36,971 bases of DNA from Cirrosporium novae-zelandiae (GCA_026023565.1 JAPETS010000032.1:310001-346971); one strand, 5' to 3'; shown: positions 13,294-25,584, counted from the first letter of the stretch. The notes: generated from the sequence alone by a model not told the origin. Numbers and translations are program-made.

Positions 13294-14449
13294 CTACCCC
13301 TCCACACACCCCCCACCCTTCCCATCCCCCCTCACACACCCAACCGGACAAACCCTCCCCTCTTTTCCCCCCTTCCACCACTGCCATCCAAAAAACGCAT
13401 CCGTCTCATTCCTCAGCACTCCCCCCAAAAGTCTCGTTCGTATCCCCCTCCTTTCCCCTCCGTCCCTTAAACCCAAATCCCCAGACCGCTTAAATATAAA
13501 TTTAGCTTCAATATCAATCTGCTTATGCCCGAAGGCGCGGAGGGTTGGGATCGAGGTCCCGTAAATACATTCGTGAAAGGAGGACCAGGAGATTGCGGAG
13601 GCGCACTATATTTATATTTATATTTGTAAAGTGAGTATGATGAGGGGGGAACGGGAATACGAACCATGGGACAGGGTTCGGCATTTGTGTAGAGAGAGAG
13701 GGTTTTTAGAGCTGAGAGGGCGGCGGGGGGGGTTAGGTTGTAGGGACCGTGTGGGGAGGTTAGGATTTTGGTGCAGTTTTTTATTGCGGAGATTTCGCCT
13801 GTAAAGGGGGGGGGGGGGGGTTAGTAGTGTTAGTGGTGGGGGTGGAGGAGAGGAAGGAGTAGGATACAAAGAAAGAAGTGGGTGGGGGGTTTTTTTTTTC
13901 TGGTACTTGTGTTGTATTTTGACTTTTTCTTTTATTTAGATAATTTTTTATTTTTATTTTTTCCTCCTAAAGGGATTCCATTCTTTCCAGAAGAAAAGGA
14001 GGATAACGTTACAGCGCAAGCCAAGCTCGTCGGAAAAAAGCAAAGCAAAACAAAAACATACCATGCAAAGTAGGATTTCCCTCCAACCCCACACTATTAA
14101 CCCCCAAGCAAATCTCCTCCCCCTCAATCTTCCCCGTATGATTCACAATCACGCTTGCAAACGGCGCTATCTGGCACGGAGAGGCTGTTGGGATCTCGTA
14201 GAGAGCGGCGATCGCGCGGCGCATCCAGAAGGCGCGGATGGAGAAGGGGATCGGGTCGGGGCCGGGGCCGGGGCCGGAGTCTGGGTCTGGGTTTGTTGAG
14301 AGGGGGATGGGGAGGGAGAGGAGGGGGGATTGGTCGCGTTGACGGTGGGGGTGTTGTTGGCGAGGTGCGCCAAGACCTAGGAAGGAAAAGAGGAGGAAGA
14401 TTAGGAATGGAAATATTCTGGAATTAATTATTAGGTAGTGTCGGAACAT
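13294..14449 (-). CDS. Zinc-dependent nucleobase/nucleoside deaminase (cytidine/dCMP-deaminase fold, GuaD/TadA-like) with a predicted N-terminal signal peptide or anchor (~277 aa)
   Basis: Exons 14449-14062, 13798-13665 and 13605-13294 total 834 nt with an open frame. Motifs: FWMRRAI, PFASVIV, NPTLHGEISAI (HxE) and LYTNAEPCPMCASAI (PCxxC), both zinc motifs interrupted by introns. Hydrophobic N-terminus IFPFLIFLLFSFLGLG. Confidence 0.88.
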
Positions 14450-14662
14450 CTTTCACTCTCGTTTTTTTTTCTTCCCGTTTTCTTCTTTTGATTTTTATTA
14501 TGGATGGAATAAGTATAAAAGTGATGATGCTACAGCAGAGGAGGTTGTTTTTACTTCAATTGAGGGGGGGGGGTTAGGCTTTATTTTTGGCTTCTTAGAG
14601 AGGAACTGTCATAATTCATAATTAATTAGCGGAGATTTGCAAATATCTGCATTATGAATTAT

Positions 14663-14885
14663 GCTGATAGCCGATGGCGGGGTAAACTTTGCTAATTATC
14701 TTATCGATAACTGTACGTTAACTGGCTGATTGGTTGGAGGACGGGGTTCCTCGCTGTAAATCTCGGCCGAGCCTTGGCTACCGAGATGGAGCTATGGATT
14801 CATTCCTTCATTCCAGGGATACAAAAGGAGAAAGGCGACGATAAGAGGGATGCCTCAGCTCGGCAGAAGGATCCGTTGATAAGGA
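14663..14885. promoter_or_regulatory. Bidirectional promoter of the deaminase and dioxygenase, with GATA sites and CGG-triplet palindromes
   Basis: TGATAG near 14664, TTATCTTATCGATAA near 14696-14710, GATAAG near 14840 and 14878, CGGGGTAA at 14678, and the inverted repeat TCTCGG-N14-CCGAGA at 14761-14786. Confidence 0.4.
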
Positions 14886-15046
14886 TATTAGATATTAGAG
14901 GAACAATAGCTACAGTCTCTGAATACCTAGTGTGGTCGAAATAATATATTGATTTCGGTTTATTTGATTCTCTGTTGCATTTCTTGTTGGTAGGGTAACT
15001 ATATTCCAATATTAAGGGCTCCTTATTGAAAGGAGAACTATCGAAC

Positions 15047-16431
15047 ATGTCTCCTGCAAGAACTCTTCCAGAATCATCATTCAAGGTCACGCTAGTTGAA
15101 AAGGGACCAAAAGAAAAATATAACGCATGTTGAACCTCCCATATAGTCGCAGGTTGTTCATTATTCCCTACCTCCGATTACTAATAGAATAAATAGTTTG
15201 GCGCAATTGTAACCGGGATAGATCTAAACGACATATCCGATGAAGATGTGGCCAAACTCAAAGAAGCCATCTGGAGGTACAAAGTGATAGTTGTAAAAGG
15301 CCAGGAGAACATGCAGCCGATAAAGCAATGGGAGCTAGTGACGAGATTGGACCCGGATGCACCAAAAGTGCATAGCCATGGGAATACCAAGGACTTTGAG
15401 AAAAGAGGGGGGTTGCTTTCGGTGAGTCCTTCACCTTAAAACCAGAGAGCTGTTGCGTGGATCCTGAAGATAAATAGAATGGTCGCGAGGTTGTTAGTAT
15501 CCCAGGGGCCCCAAACGTGCGTCTGATTGCAGCAGGATACCAAGGCGATATCTATGGAGTCAAAGACCTAACTGTCAAGGGTTTATCTCTCGATTTTCAC
15601 GCCTCTAAACCCTCTGATGAAGAATTTGAAAAAGGAAACACTCGCTTTCAGCGTTGGCATATCGATGCCCCAATGTATGAGCGTCATCCAGCTTGGTTCA
15701 CCACCCTCCGTTGCATCAAGCTACCAACCGGTCCTGATGTCACTATTAATTGGGATAATGAGACAGGGTACGCGATGAAGAGCAAGCCTGGAAGAACGGC
15801 ATTTTTCAGCAATTTCCAATTGTACGAGTTGCTGAACGATGAGGAGAAAAAAATGTGCGACAACAGTTGGGTGGAATATGCACCGCATCCGTATATGTGG
15901 ATTGAAAACTGCAAGGCCAACTCGAATGGGTTGGGATTGGTGACCCAAGGAAAAGAACATACCCTCGCAGAATTGCCAGAGATAGATCCTGCAAAGATTA
16001 AGAAGGTAGGATAACTCCATGATTAGTTCTGAAATATTTATCGGTGGAATTGGATCTGATATGTTCTATAGTACCCATTTGTCTGGATTAATCCCGTCAC
16101 AAGAGAGAAGGCTCTACAGGTTCACGGTATTATCGCGAGACGTCTTTTCATCAAGAAGACCCCTGATAGCGAAATGGAAATAATCGATGATATTATAAAG
16201 ATTCGAGAGCGGCTTGCTGACTTGCAGACAAGGATTTTGAAGCCAGAATATATTTTCCTAGCTCCAGTAGAAGAAGGTGATATTGGGATGTGGGATAACT
16301 TTGGGATGTTTCATACAGCAGTGCCATATCCAACATCATATGGACCACGAACAATGCATCAAGCTAATGTTGGGGCAAGTTCGTCGCCAAAAAGTGTAAG
16401 GCCAATGCCTGTTGAGGTTGCCGGGGCGTAG
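15047..16431 (+). CDS. TauD-family Fe(II)/2-oxoglutarate dioxygenase, XanA (xanthine dioxygenase)-like (~396 aa)
   Basis: Exons 15047-15124, 15197-15421, 15478-16005 and 16072-16431 total 1191 nt. Motifs NFGAIVTGIDL, TRFQRWHIDAP (HxD), GRTAF, VEYAPHPYMW, WINPVT, EEGDIGMWDNFGMFH (distal His) and RTMHQAN match my recollection of Aspergillus XanA blocks. It looks like a diverged paralogue. Confidence 0.88.
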
Positions 16432-16921
16432 GAGGATAGAACACAAAGCAAAATGCAGGCCTGTTATGCTGAGGGGCGAATTGCCCCGAACAACGAGATC
16501 AGATAACCGACATTCAAATGAAATTTCTCATTCAGGGATACCTGGACGTAAAGTAAATATAATCCGTCGTTCAATCAGGTTTGAGTGTCGTGGCTGAGGT
16601 GAGCCATAAGTCATGAGTCATTGTAAGGCCATCAAAGGAGATCATGTAGGTAAGCCACCATGCATTAGGGATGTTCCAAGACGTAAGGGATTGATAATCT
16701 GACCTGACCTGATTCAAGCCACAAAAAATAGGCAACGACAATGAATTCTTCTCCACCATACACAAGACACAAAAGAAAGGATTGCGGAGTTCCGTTCACT
16801 TTTCTACGGTGGGTCTTGGCATTGTTGGCTGGCGGGGCTGCACGTGGCTTGACATCAAATAAGAATATGTCGGGAAGCGGAACATACAAAATCCGATAGA
16901 GAATCCAAATTCAATCGATTA

Positions 16922-16963
16922 ACCCCCCGACTTGACCCCCCGACTTGACTCCTGATTGACTCC
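16922..16963. repeat. Short direct repeat ACCCCCCGACTTG x2 plus degenerate copies in the MFS upstream region
   Basis: Read directly: accccccgacttg accccccgacttg actcctgattg actcc. Confidence 0.8.
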
Positions 16964-17164
16964 AAATCAAATCTAGAAGTTTGCTGAAACCTTGCTGATT
17001 TGCTAATTAAGTATGCATTCTTCCCAGATCGGTTTCCGATAAAAACTCGGAAGTATAACTCTAAGCGACTTGTTTGGAAAAGCTAAACGAATATACGAGT
17101 AATCCTAATACAACTACAACGAATCATTCTGCCAATTGCGGGTTGCCCGTTACCAGCTGCAGGT

Positions 17165-17212
17165 CAGCAATTCAGCAATTCAGCAATTCAGCGATTCAGC
17201 GATTCAGCAATT
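17165..17212. repeat. 8-bp tandem repeat (CAGCRATT) x6
   Basis: CAGCAATT x3, CAGCGATT x2, CAGCAATT x1. Confidence 0.9.
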
Positions 17213-17889
17213 GATTTTTATTTCTTTAATTGGATTGGAAGACTTCTCTGGATGGTAGTATACTATAGTGATCCTTCATGGATACCATTTCTGTACTATG
17301 TGTTAATTAAATGAATCCAACAACCAATGTGTCAATATTGCCAGGAAGACATCTGCCACATTTCCTTAGGGCTGGACAAAAGCGGGCCCTATTCAGGTCC
17401 ATCTACCAAAGTATTCTCTAGATTCTGCCCTCCGGGGTAATGATTTCGTCCGACAGCACCAATCAAGACATGACATTTCCTTCCAGATTCAAAGGTAAGG
17501 TTAGCATTTGAGTTGACTTCACTCGGAGTTACTAGTAGGCGAATCCCCGATACTCCGACATTACATCAAAGAAAGTTGACGCCTGGATGTAATTCCGCCT
17601 GACGGAAGATCCCTCCCCTTTCATCACACATTCTCTTTCTCTAGATGATATTTTTTTTTCTTTTATAATCCCCGAGTTTCTCTTCATCATGGACTATTCC
17701 TCATCAAACTCCTTTCTTTTTTCAATCCTAATAGACCTGTGGTCGAGAAGAGGTCATCATATTACTACCCCGCCCTCCCCTATCCCTTGGGTATATCCCT
17801 AACTTTTTTTTTTAAAAACAAACTTGACATTAGTCGGTCTTTCCTTTAGACACCTCATTTAATTCATAAAACATTCATCTCCATCACCC

Positions 17890-19704
17890 ATGGGTTTTTT
17901 CAAGTCAAAGGATGCCAGCAATACGGCTGAGTCCAAGTCGGAGGTTTCTACTGCAGTTCCAAGCATCAACAATTCTGCAAGTGAAATGGACAAAGAAAAG
18001 GAGATTCACGACACCAGCTCGGTAGGGAATGGGGAGGTTGTAAATACTACCGATGAGAAGCCTAACACGCTTGAAACAACCGCGCTCGAAGAAGCTAAAG
18101 CGTTGGACAACTTAGAGGAAGAACCTGAATACCCTACTGGAGTGAAATTGGCCATTGTCACTTTGGCATTATGTCTTGCCGTCTTCTTGATGGCCTTGGA
18201 CAACACCATCATTGCCACAGCTATCCCCAAGATCACGGATCAATTCAAGGCGCTTGATGATGTCGGCTGGTACGTTATTCTGCATTTTATCCACCTGTAA
18301 ACACTAACACCTTCAAGGTACGCCTCCGCTTACCTCTTGACAACCTGTTCATTCCAACTTCTATTTGGCAAATTTTACACCTTTTTCAAGATCAAATACG
18401 TTTACCTCACTGCCATTTCCATCTTCGAATTAGGGTCTTTGGTCTGTGGTGTGGCACCAACTTCGACTGCACTGATTGTTGGACGAGCTATTGCCGGAGT
18501 GGGGTCGGCCGGTATCTTCTCTGGATCTCTAATCATCGTGGCTTATACAGTTCCTCTGCACAAGAGGCCAATTTACACCGGCCTTATTGGTGGTATGTAT
18601 GGTATCGCCTCGGTCGCTGGTCCTTTGATGGGAGGTGCTTTTACCGATCACGTTAGCTGGAGATGGTGCTTCTACATCAACTTGCCTATCGGAGCTGTTG
18701 CAATGCTCGTCATTATCTTTTTCTTCAAGTCACCCCCTCGAAAGGACGAAAGATCTGTTGGATTCTCTGAACGTGTCCAACAATTTGACCCCATTGGTAC
18801 TATTGTCTTCATCCCGGCAATAGTCTGCCTCTTGCTTGCCCTACAATGGGGTGGATCCAAGTATGCATGGAACAGCTGGCGTGTTATTTTCCTCTTTGTG
18901 GTTGCTGGGATTCTTCTGATCACCTTTGTTCTCGTCCAACTTTGGAAGGGAGAAACCGCAACAGTGCCACCTCGAATCCTTAACCAGCGAACCATGGCCT
19001 TTGCATCTTGGTTCTCTTTCTGCCTTGGCTCCGCATTTTTCTGCCTGGTTTACTATATCCCAATCTGGTTTCAGGCCATCAAGGGTGTATCTGCCACCAA
19101 ATCAGGAATCATGAATCTTCCGATGATTCTCGGCGTTGTCATCATGTCTATGATGGGAGGAGGACTTACAACCGCCATTGGCTATTACACTCCATTCTAC
19201 TACCTTTCTACAATCTTCATGGCTGTTGGTGCCGGTCTCTTAACCACTTTCGAGACCGACACTGGCCACGCGAAATGGATTGGTTATCAGTTCATCTTTG
19301 GTGGGGGTGTTGGTTTTGGAATGCAACAATCCATCATTGCTGCACAGACAGTCTTGGCTCTTAAAGATATCTCTATCGGCACTTCAGTTGTGATGTTTAT
19401 TCAAACCCTCGGAGGTGCTCTTGCGGCATCGATTGCCCAAAGCGTTTTTAGCAATCGACTTGTTTCTGGATTAGTGCGAGAAGTTCCTGGAATCAATCCA
19501 GCAATCATATTGGACGTCGGTGCTACCAAACTTCGCGATGTCATCGACCCAAGCAAGATTACTCAGGTTCTTTCGGCGTATAATGACGCTTTGACATCGA
19601 CCTGGTATGTCGCAGTTGCATTTGGTGCCCTATCGGCTCTGGGTGCTGCAGGAATTGAATGGAGGAGTGTCAAGGGAAAGAAGATTGAGATGGGCGCAGC
19701 TTAG
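17890..19704 (+). CDS. MFS transporter, DHA2 (14-TM drug/toxin efflux; AflT/GliA-like, ~588 aa)
   Basis: Intron 18270-18317. Motifs [68 protein letters not shown] and [11 protein letters not shown]. Confidence 0.95.
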
Positions 19705-20211
19705 AGGTTAAAGTCTACTCTTTTTTTTTGGATTTTGACTTATGAAGGGAGGAATAATAGACAGATACCCTACATGATGTACCATTAGCCCGGCGTTTTT
19801 GTTTTTCTGAGTATTGCATGTAAATACTCCACTCCACTCGTCTATAGCTCGGTCATGAAATTAGATAGAAGAAGAAAGGTTATTAATAATAATAATAATA
19901 ATTAGCAAACACGTCCTTTGCCATGTAGACGTACAGTACTTTGTCAAAGTTGAATAAAAGAAGAATTGGTAATAACAAGTCAAGCTTTATTGGTGTTATC
20001 GATTAAAACAGCTGGCCCCTGATATGTTTCCACTATAAATAAATTAGCTTCCGAAGCTGCGACACGTCAATCTGGGGAAATACAAGGACACGTTTAATCT
20101 CCTCTAGTTTCCTTACCAACGACTCAACTGCTTTTCTTGCCTTTGAACTTCATTCTTCAGCTTCTCTTGACCCCCATACAAGCTGAAATAAATATAAAGA
20201 AAGCATCCAAA

Positions 20212-21237
20212 ATGGCCACTCAAGCAGCTAGTGTTTATCCCCCACTGGAGGATCGACCTATCAAGAACACCATTTGTCTGTTTGATGTTGATGGTACTCT
20301 TACTCCTGCGAGACGTGTGAGTAAAGCAAATAAAAAATATCAATTGTTGCTAATATCAGTAGGACGTCTCCCCCGAAATGCTTCAGATTCTTTCTCAACT
20401 TCGTCACAAATGCGCCATTGGTTTTGTATGCCCCTCATTACCCCTCGTTTTGGTGTACACCGCAACTAATGAATGTTACCTGTAGGTCGGCGGCTCTGAT
20501 CTTGTAAAGCAACAAGAACAACTTGGAACATCAACTATTAATGTCACCTCCCTGTTCGATTTCTGCTGTCCAGAAAATGGACTTACTGCTTTTCGTCTCG
20601 GTGAACCCTTGGAGGGTAGCAGCTTCATCCAGTGGATTGGCGAGGACAAATATATGAAATTGGTGAATTTTTGCTTGGCATACATTGCAAACTTGGATAT
20701 ACCTAAGAAGAGAGGAACTTTCGTCGAGTTCAGGTATTTCTTTCTACTATCAGGGTCATTACAGAGTATAAGGTGCTAATGCTACTTGAAATGCAGAAAG
20801 GGAATGATCAACGTCAGTCCAATTGGAAGAAATGCTACAACGGAAGAAAGAAACGAATACGAAAAATACGACAAGGAGCATGGCGTCCGAACAAAGTTTG
20901 TTCAGGCGCTCAGGGAGAAGTTCGGAGATTTTGGCTTAACGTTCGTACCTTGCATCTGTTGGTGATCCACTTGACTGACCTGATTAGCTTCTCAATTGGT
21001 GGCCAGATCTCCTTTGACGTTTTCCCAGCTGGCTGGGACAAAACCTTTGCTTTGAGGCATGTAGAGAATGAAGAAAAGGTGTCTGGGGTAAAATATTCGA
21101 CGATCCATTTTTTCGGCGACAAGACTTTCAAGGGGGGTAATGACTACGAGATATACAGTGATCCTAGAACAACTGGTCATTCTGTGACGGGACCAGACGA
21201 TACGATGAAGCTCTTGAAGGAGCTTTTCAGCCTGTAG
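20212..21237 (+). CDS. pmm1: Phosphomannomutase (HAD family, Sec53/Pmm1, ~269 aa)
   Basis: Introns 20317-20362, 20426-20485, 20734-20796 and 20941-20987 give an 810-nt CDS. Motifs [48 protein letters not shown] and [15 protein letters not shown]. Confidence 0.97.
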
Positions 21238-21677
21238 TAACTTGGATGGCTTAGAATCCAACCACAACAAGATTATGATAGAGCCAAGAGATAGAAACCG
21301 GATGGATTCATCACCGGAAAATAAGGCGTTAACTCATATACTCACACTTAGAATGATATTCGAAGCATCAGTGCAAGCGCAAAGTATCTTGTTCATTATC
21401 CAGGGGAGTAATTTAACGTCCTACTATTTAATATTTAGGATTTTCCGATGAATAGTGTACGAACTACAGTAGACTCTATCGGCAAGCTGTAATTAATTAA
21501 GTAGCCATTCTGCATTCGGGCTAAAGTATTTTATCCCGAAGATCCCCCGGCTCCCGGCAGGAGGAATGGATCGGCGCCGAAGCACCGGGACCGCGCCAAG
21601 CATCATCGGGATCTCCGTAGCTTGACCTTGTTCATATGAAGAAAGGCTTCTGAGTTGTCGGATCATCATCAAACATC

Positions 21678-22804
21678 ATGGCACTCTCAACATCTACAGC
21701 AAACCTCCCCCGTTTTCTTGTTCCGGGGATCCTTTTGCGTCCAGCTTTACTAGACACATCTCCACACAAAGACATTACCATCCGCCGGAAAGATGGCCAT
21801 TATCAACAGCGGCGGGGCTTTGCATCCGCACCCGCATCTGCATTTCAGTCCCAAATCCAAGCCCAGATCCTCCGACAAAAAGCCTTCACGTTCCCTCCTC
21901 CTCCTCCTCCTCCTCCCCCCTCCTCATCTACCATACCCACCCACCACTACCCGAAGAAGCCCATCTCCGCCTTCGTGAGTACCCGACGTGCCTTCCACGC
22001 CACCCCAGCTCTCCCCCGAGACCACCATTTCGACACGTTGAAGTTCGTGCAGCGGTTGAAGAATGAAGGGTTTAGCGAGGAGCAGGCGGTGGCGATGATG
22101 AGGGTGCTGTCGGATGTGATTGAGGAAGCTATACAGAATCTTACGAGGACTATGGTCCTGAAAGAAGGTTGGTTTTGCTGAGTTTTTTTTCTTTGATCTT
22201 TTTCTATGAGAAGGGAGAGGAGAGAAACAAAAAAGATAGCCCGGCCCTCTCTCTCTCTATATGATACCCGTTTAAAAAAATGCAAAAAAATGCCCCAACA
22301 CTAACCCCACCCCCACCTTTACTTCTAGACGCCGAACGCAGCACCTACACTCAAAAAGTCGACTTCGCCAAACTCCGCTCCGAGCTCCTAACCGCCGACT
22401 CCTCCGAATCAAAGCTAACTCGCGACTCCCTCGAGCGCCTCACCGCCGATATCGCAAAACTGAACTCCCGCCTCCGCGACGATATCTCCCGTACCCAGGC
22501 TTCCGTCAGATTGGATCTGAATCTGGAAAAGGGGAGGATTCGGGAGGAGGCGAACGTGCAGGATATGAAGATTAAGGAGACGGAGACCAGGATCGAGCAG
22601 GAGGTTGCAGGGTTGAAGGAGAGGGTTGAGGGGGTTAAGTTTAGTACGCTGCAGTGGTTGATGTGAGTTTTTCCCCTCTTTTTGGTGTTTGGGATTGGGA
22701 TATTGTGAAAACGAACAAAACTAACATCTCTGTGTGTGTGATATAGGGGCGTCTGCACCGGCACATTCGCATTAATAATGGGTGCCTGGCGCCTATTAAC
22801 CTAA
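21678..22804 (+). CDS. fmp32: Mitochondrial CCDC90/MCUR1/Fmp32-family (DUF1640) coiled-coil protein (~293 aa)
   Basis: Introns 22168-22328 and 22663-22746. Basic presequence-like N-terminus ending RRAFHAT, then HFDTLKFVQRLKNEGFSEEQA, QKVDFAKLRSEL, RLDLNLEKGRIREE and a C-terminal TM segment TLQWLMGVCTGTFALIMGAWR. Confidence 0.92.
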
Positions 22805-23054
22805 CCTAACCTAACTCTAGTCTGCATAAATAAATAAAAATAATAAATAAATATATATATATCCTGATTCCAGTTTTTTGCAAGCAACCAATACGAAGTT
22901 TGCAGATTTTCATTACTAACCTAGGTTGGAGGAATACTATGTTCAGCTAAGTGCTAGGTTATTCTTATCCTACCAGCCCTATGTCTATGTTCCTGGATGT
23001 TATTCTGGATATCCTAATCCTAATCCCAGGAGTAGCTAACTGGTGATTGTGGGT

Positions 23055-23175
23055 GTAGTAGGGATAAGGATAGGGATAGTGAGTATAGGTATAGATAGGG
23101 ATAAGTATAGGTATAAATAGGGATAAGTATAGATAAGGATAAGTATAATAGAGATAGAGATAGTAGATATAGGAT
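23055..23175. repeat. Degenerate purine-rich hexamer tract (RGRTAR-like)
   Basis: gggataaggatagggatagtgagtataggtatagatagggataagtataggtataaatagg... It produces the Tyr-rich spurious ORF 22965-23192. Confidence 0.75.
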
Positions 23176-23866
23176 ACGTGTACCAAACGCATTAAATGTA
23201 TTAAGTGATGATGATTATTAGGTTAGTTCCTAACCCTCAGATTTAACCTTCTTGTAGATGAATAGGGGGATATGTTAGATACTATTTCAATATTACCATA
23301 TCTATATCTAGAGAACCTAGCATATCGAATATAAAATATAGGGATAAGAATAGAATGTGGAGAGTTTGGAGCTGGGATTATATATCTATATGTTTTTTTT
23401 TTGCACACACACACGTATAAGTATACTGCCATTGCCATAGATTACTACCACTACCACTACCACGGCAATCTGCTTGTCTGCTTTGTCTGCTTGCTTTTCC
23501 ACTTGGTTGTTTATCTTTCATCTCCCATCTTCCCATCTTCCATCTCATCTGTAATAGGATGGACAGAATGGATACATGTTCTTTCCCTCCTCCTTCTTCT
23601 TCTTCTTCTTCTTCTTCCTCCTCCTCCTTTAAAAAAGAAAGTAAGCTTGTTATATGTCAAGTCATACCACCTCAGACGGTATAAATGAAAGACGACAAAG
23701 CCAAACCAGGTCAGACCAACCCCAACCCAACCCATCGCTGGAAAAAAACGCCATTACCACCACAAGGATATCTGATAACATAACAATCCATCGCATAGCG
23801 TCACAAAAGAAACATGGTTTATTTATTTAGTTACCCATCTCCACATTCATACCCGTATTAATCATT

Positions 23867-25584
23867 TCATCTCCTGAATCCAGGGCTTTGCGGCGTCGGA
23901 CTCACAATCCGTTGTTGACCCTCCGTACTCACAGCCTGACCCGGTTGCGACTGAGACTGAGGCATGTAACTCGGACTCGTCAGTGGCGCACCATAAGATC
24001 CCGGAATTGGAACCGCCGCATACTGCTGCTCGCCTGGCGCAGCTGGTATATGTGTGATTTGGTCCTCGCGATCGTGTTCATATTCCTGTGGCGGTGGTGA
24101 CGGGGTGCTCGATGGTGTGGAAAATGTGGATTGAGACTGCGGGGCAGCGTTCTGGACACGTGCTGGAGGCGGTTGGAGCTGGAAGGGTCGTTCAGGGGAG
24201 CTGGTACCGCCGATTACAGGTGTCTGGGCGAACTGTGTTGGGTATTCGCCGCCAGATTTATTCATATCATCGTCATCCGGGTGAGAGTATGGGTCCGCGT
24301 GACCACCGTAGCCGGTGTAGGCTGTGCCCGGGGTGGTTAGACCATACCCAGGAGTGTTGGGTGCGGATTGGGAGCGAAGTTGAGCAAGATATAAATCTGA
24401 GCGAGCCTTATCACGTTGGTCCATGGTTTTGTGGAGCTTGTGTTTAGTGTAGAAGCGGTAGAAAACTATGGCGTATATTGTGATGGTGGCAAGCTCGATA
24501 ACAATTTCGATAATGGCGCAAACGAGAGACCAATCCTGTACTTGTTAGAATAGATAATTAAGAAAATAATGTGGGTTCACTTACTTGCATACGACAGATC
24601 AGTGCATAGTGAACGTCATCTTGAAACAATTCCTTTCGTTTATTTTCCTTACAACTCCATCCCCAGATGTCTGTGCCCCCGCTGTGATTTTTCGTCTCGT
24701 TTAGAATGCCTGCTCCAATCGCCCACATGACAATACTGAATACAAAGAATGCGACTGCAAACACTGTATAGTAAGCCTGAAGCTTCTGGGCCCTTTTGCT
24801 TCCCTTCATCCGAAGGTTACAGAACGATGCTAGGATGACAATGGAAAACAAAAGGGAAATGCAAGCAATCACGAGAAGAACAATCTGCGGCCATGGATTG
24901 GTACCCTCGGCCCATGCAGGGAGATCGTTTCGCGCTGGAAGACTCTTGGTACTGTTGAAGATCATAAAGGTTGTGGAAAGCATGGAGAGGACGATTAGAG
25001 AACAGGAGAAATTGACACCACGAAGTACGAGTTTGGCCATGCGCACACGCATTTTGGATTTCTAAGACATGTTAGAGATGAACCAGACAAAAAATGCGAT
25101 GCAAAAATACCAAATCTCTTTTTTGTTCCTTCTCTGTCACTTCTTCTTGCTTTTCCAACTCCTCCTCCTCTTTGAATGTTGGACTCAGTGGGTTCAACAG
25201 CCGTCCTGGAGTTCCTGGTGTCTTCAAGGCACTCTTCAATGGTGACCCTGGTGTTTGTGGGATATACTGTGAACTTCCAGCCTCCTCATCCATTCCTGGA
25301 TATGTTGAATGCTTGGTAGCATCATTTTCGGAAATATATCCAAAACCAACATCCGAAGGCGCTGGATCGGATTGTTTGAGGTTCTCCATGCTGGGTGGAT
25401 CGGCAAAGGGAGAACGGGTGTTATCGATGGGTGAAATAATAGATGTAGCTTCCGCAAAGCGGGTGACTCTTGGTGTTCTTAGTGATGGTGCTGTTGAAAC
25501 AGAAGAACCTGAGGGTGTCCTTGATCGAGCGACGGAGGAAATGTGAACGTTAGAGAGATCCTTTTCGTTAAACGATGAAGACAT
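23867..25584 (-). CDS. ham-8: HAM-8-like MARVEL-type four-TM protein (hyphal fusion, ~539 aa)
   Basis: ATG at 25584, introns 25110-25062 and 24584-24536. Motifs RFAEATS, SPLKSALKTPGTP, RVRMAKLVLRGVNFSCSLIVLSML, LPAWA...WPQ, DIWGWSC, CRMQDWSLVCAIIEI and RSDLYLAQLRSQSAPNTPG. The family was recognised from memory. Confidence 0.8.

Noticed and set aside
22798..22815. (CTAAC)n run resembling telomeric repeats or a telomerase RNA template
   Set aside because: A pentamer microsatellite of about three copies, not CCCTAA.
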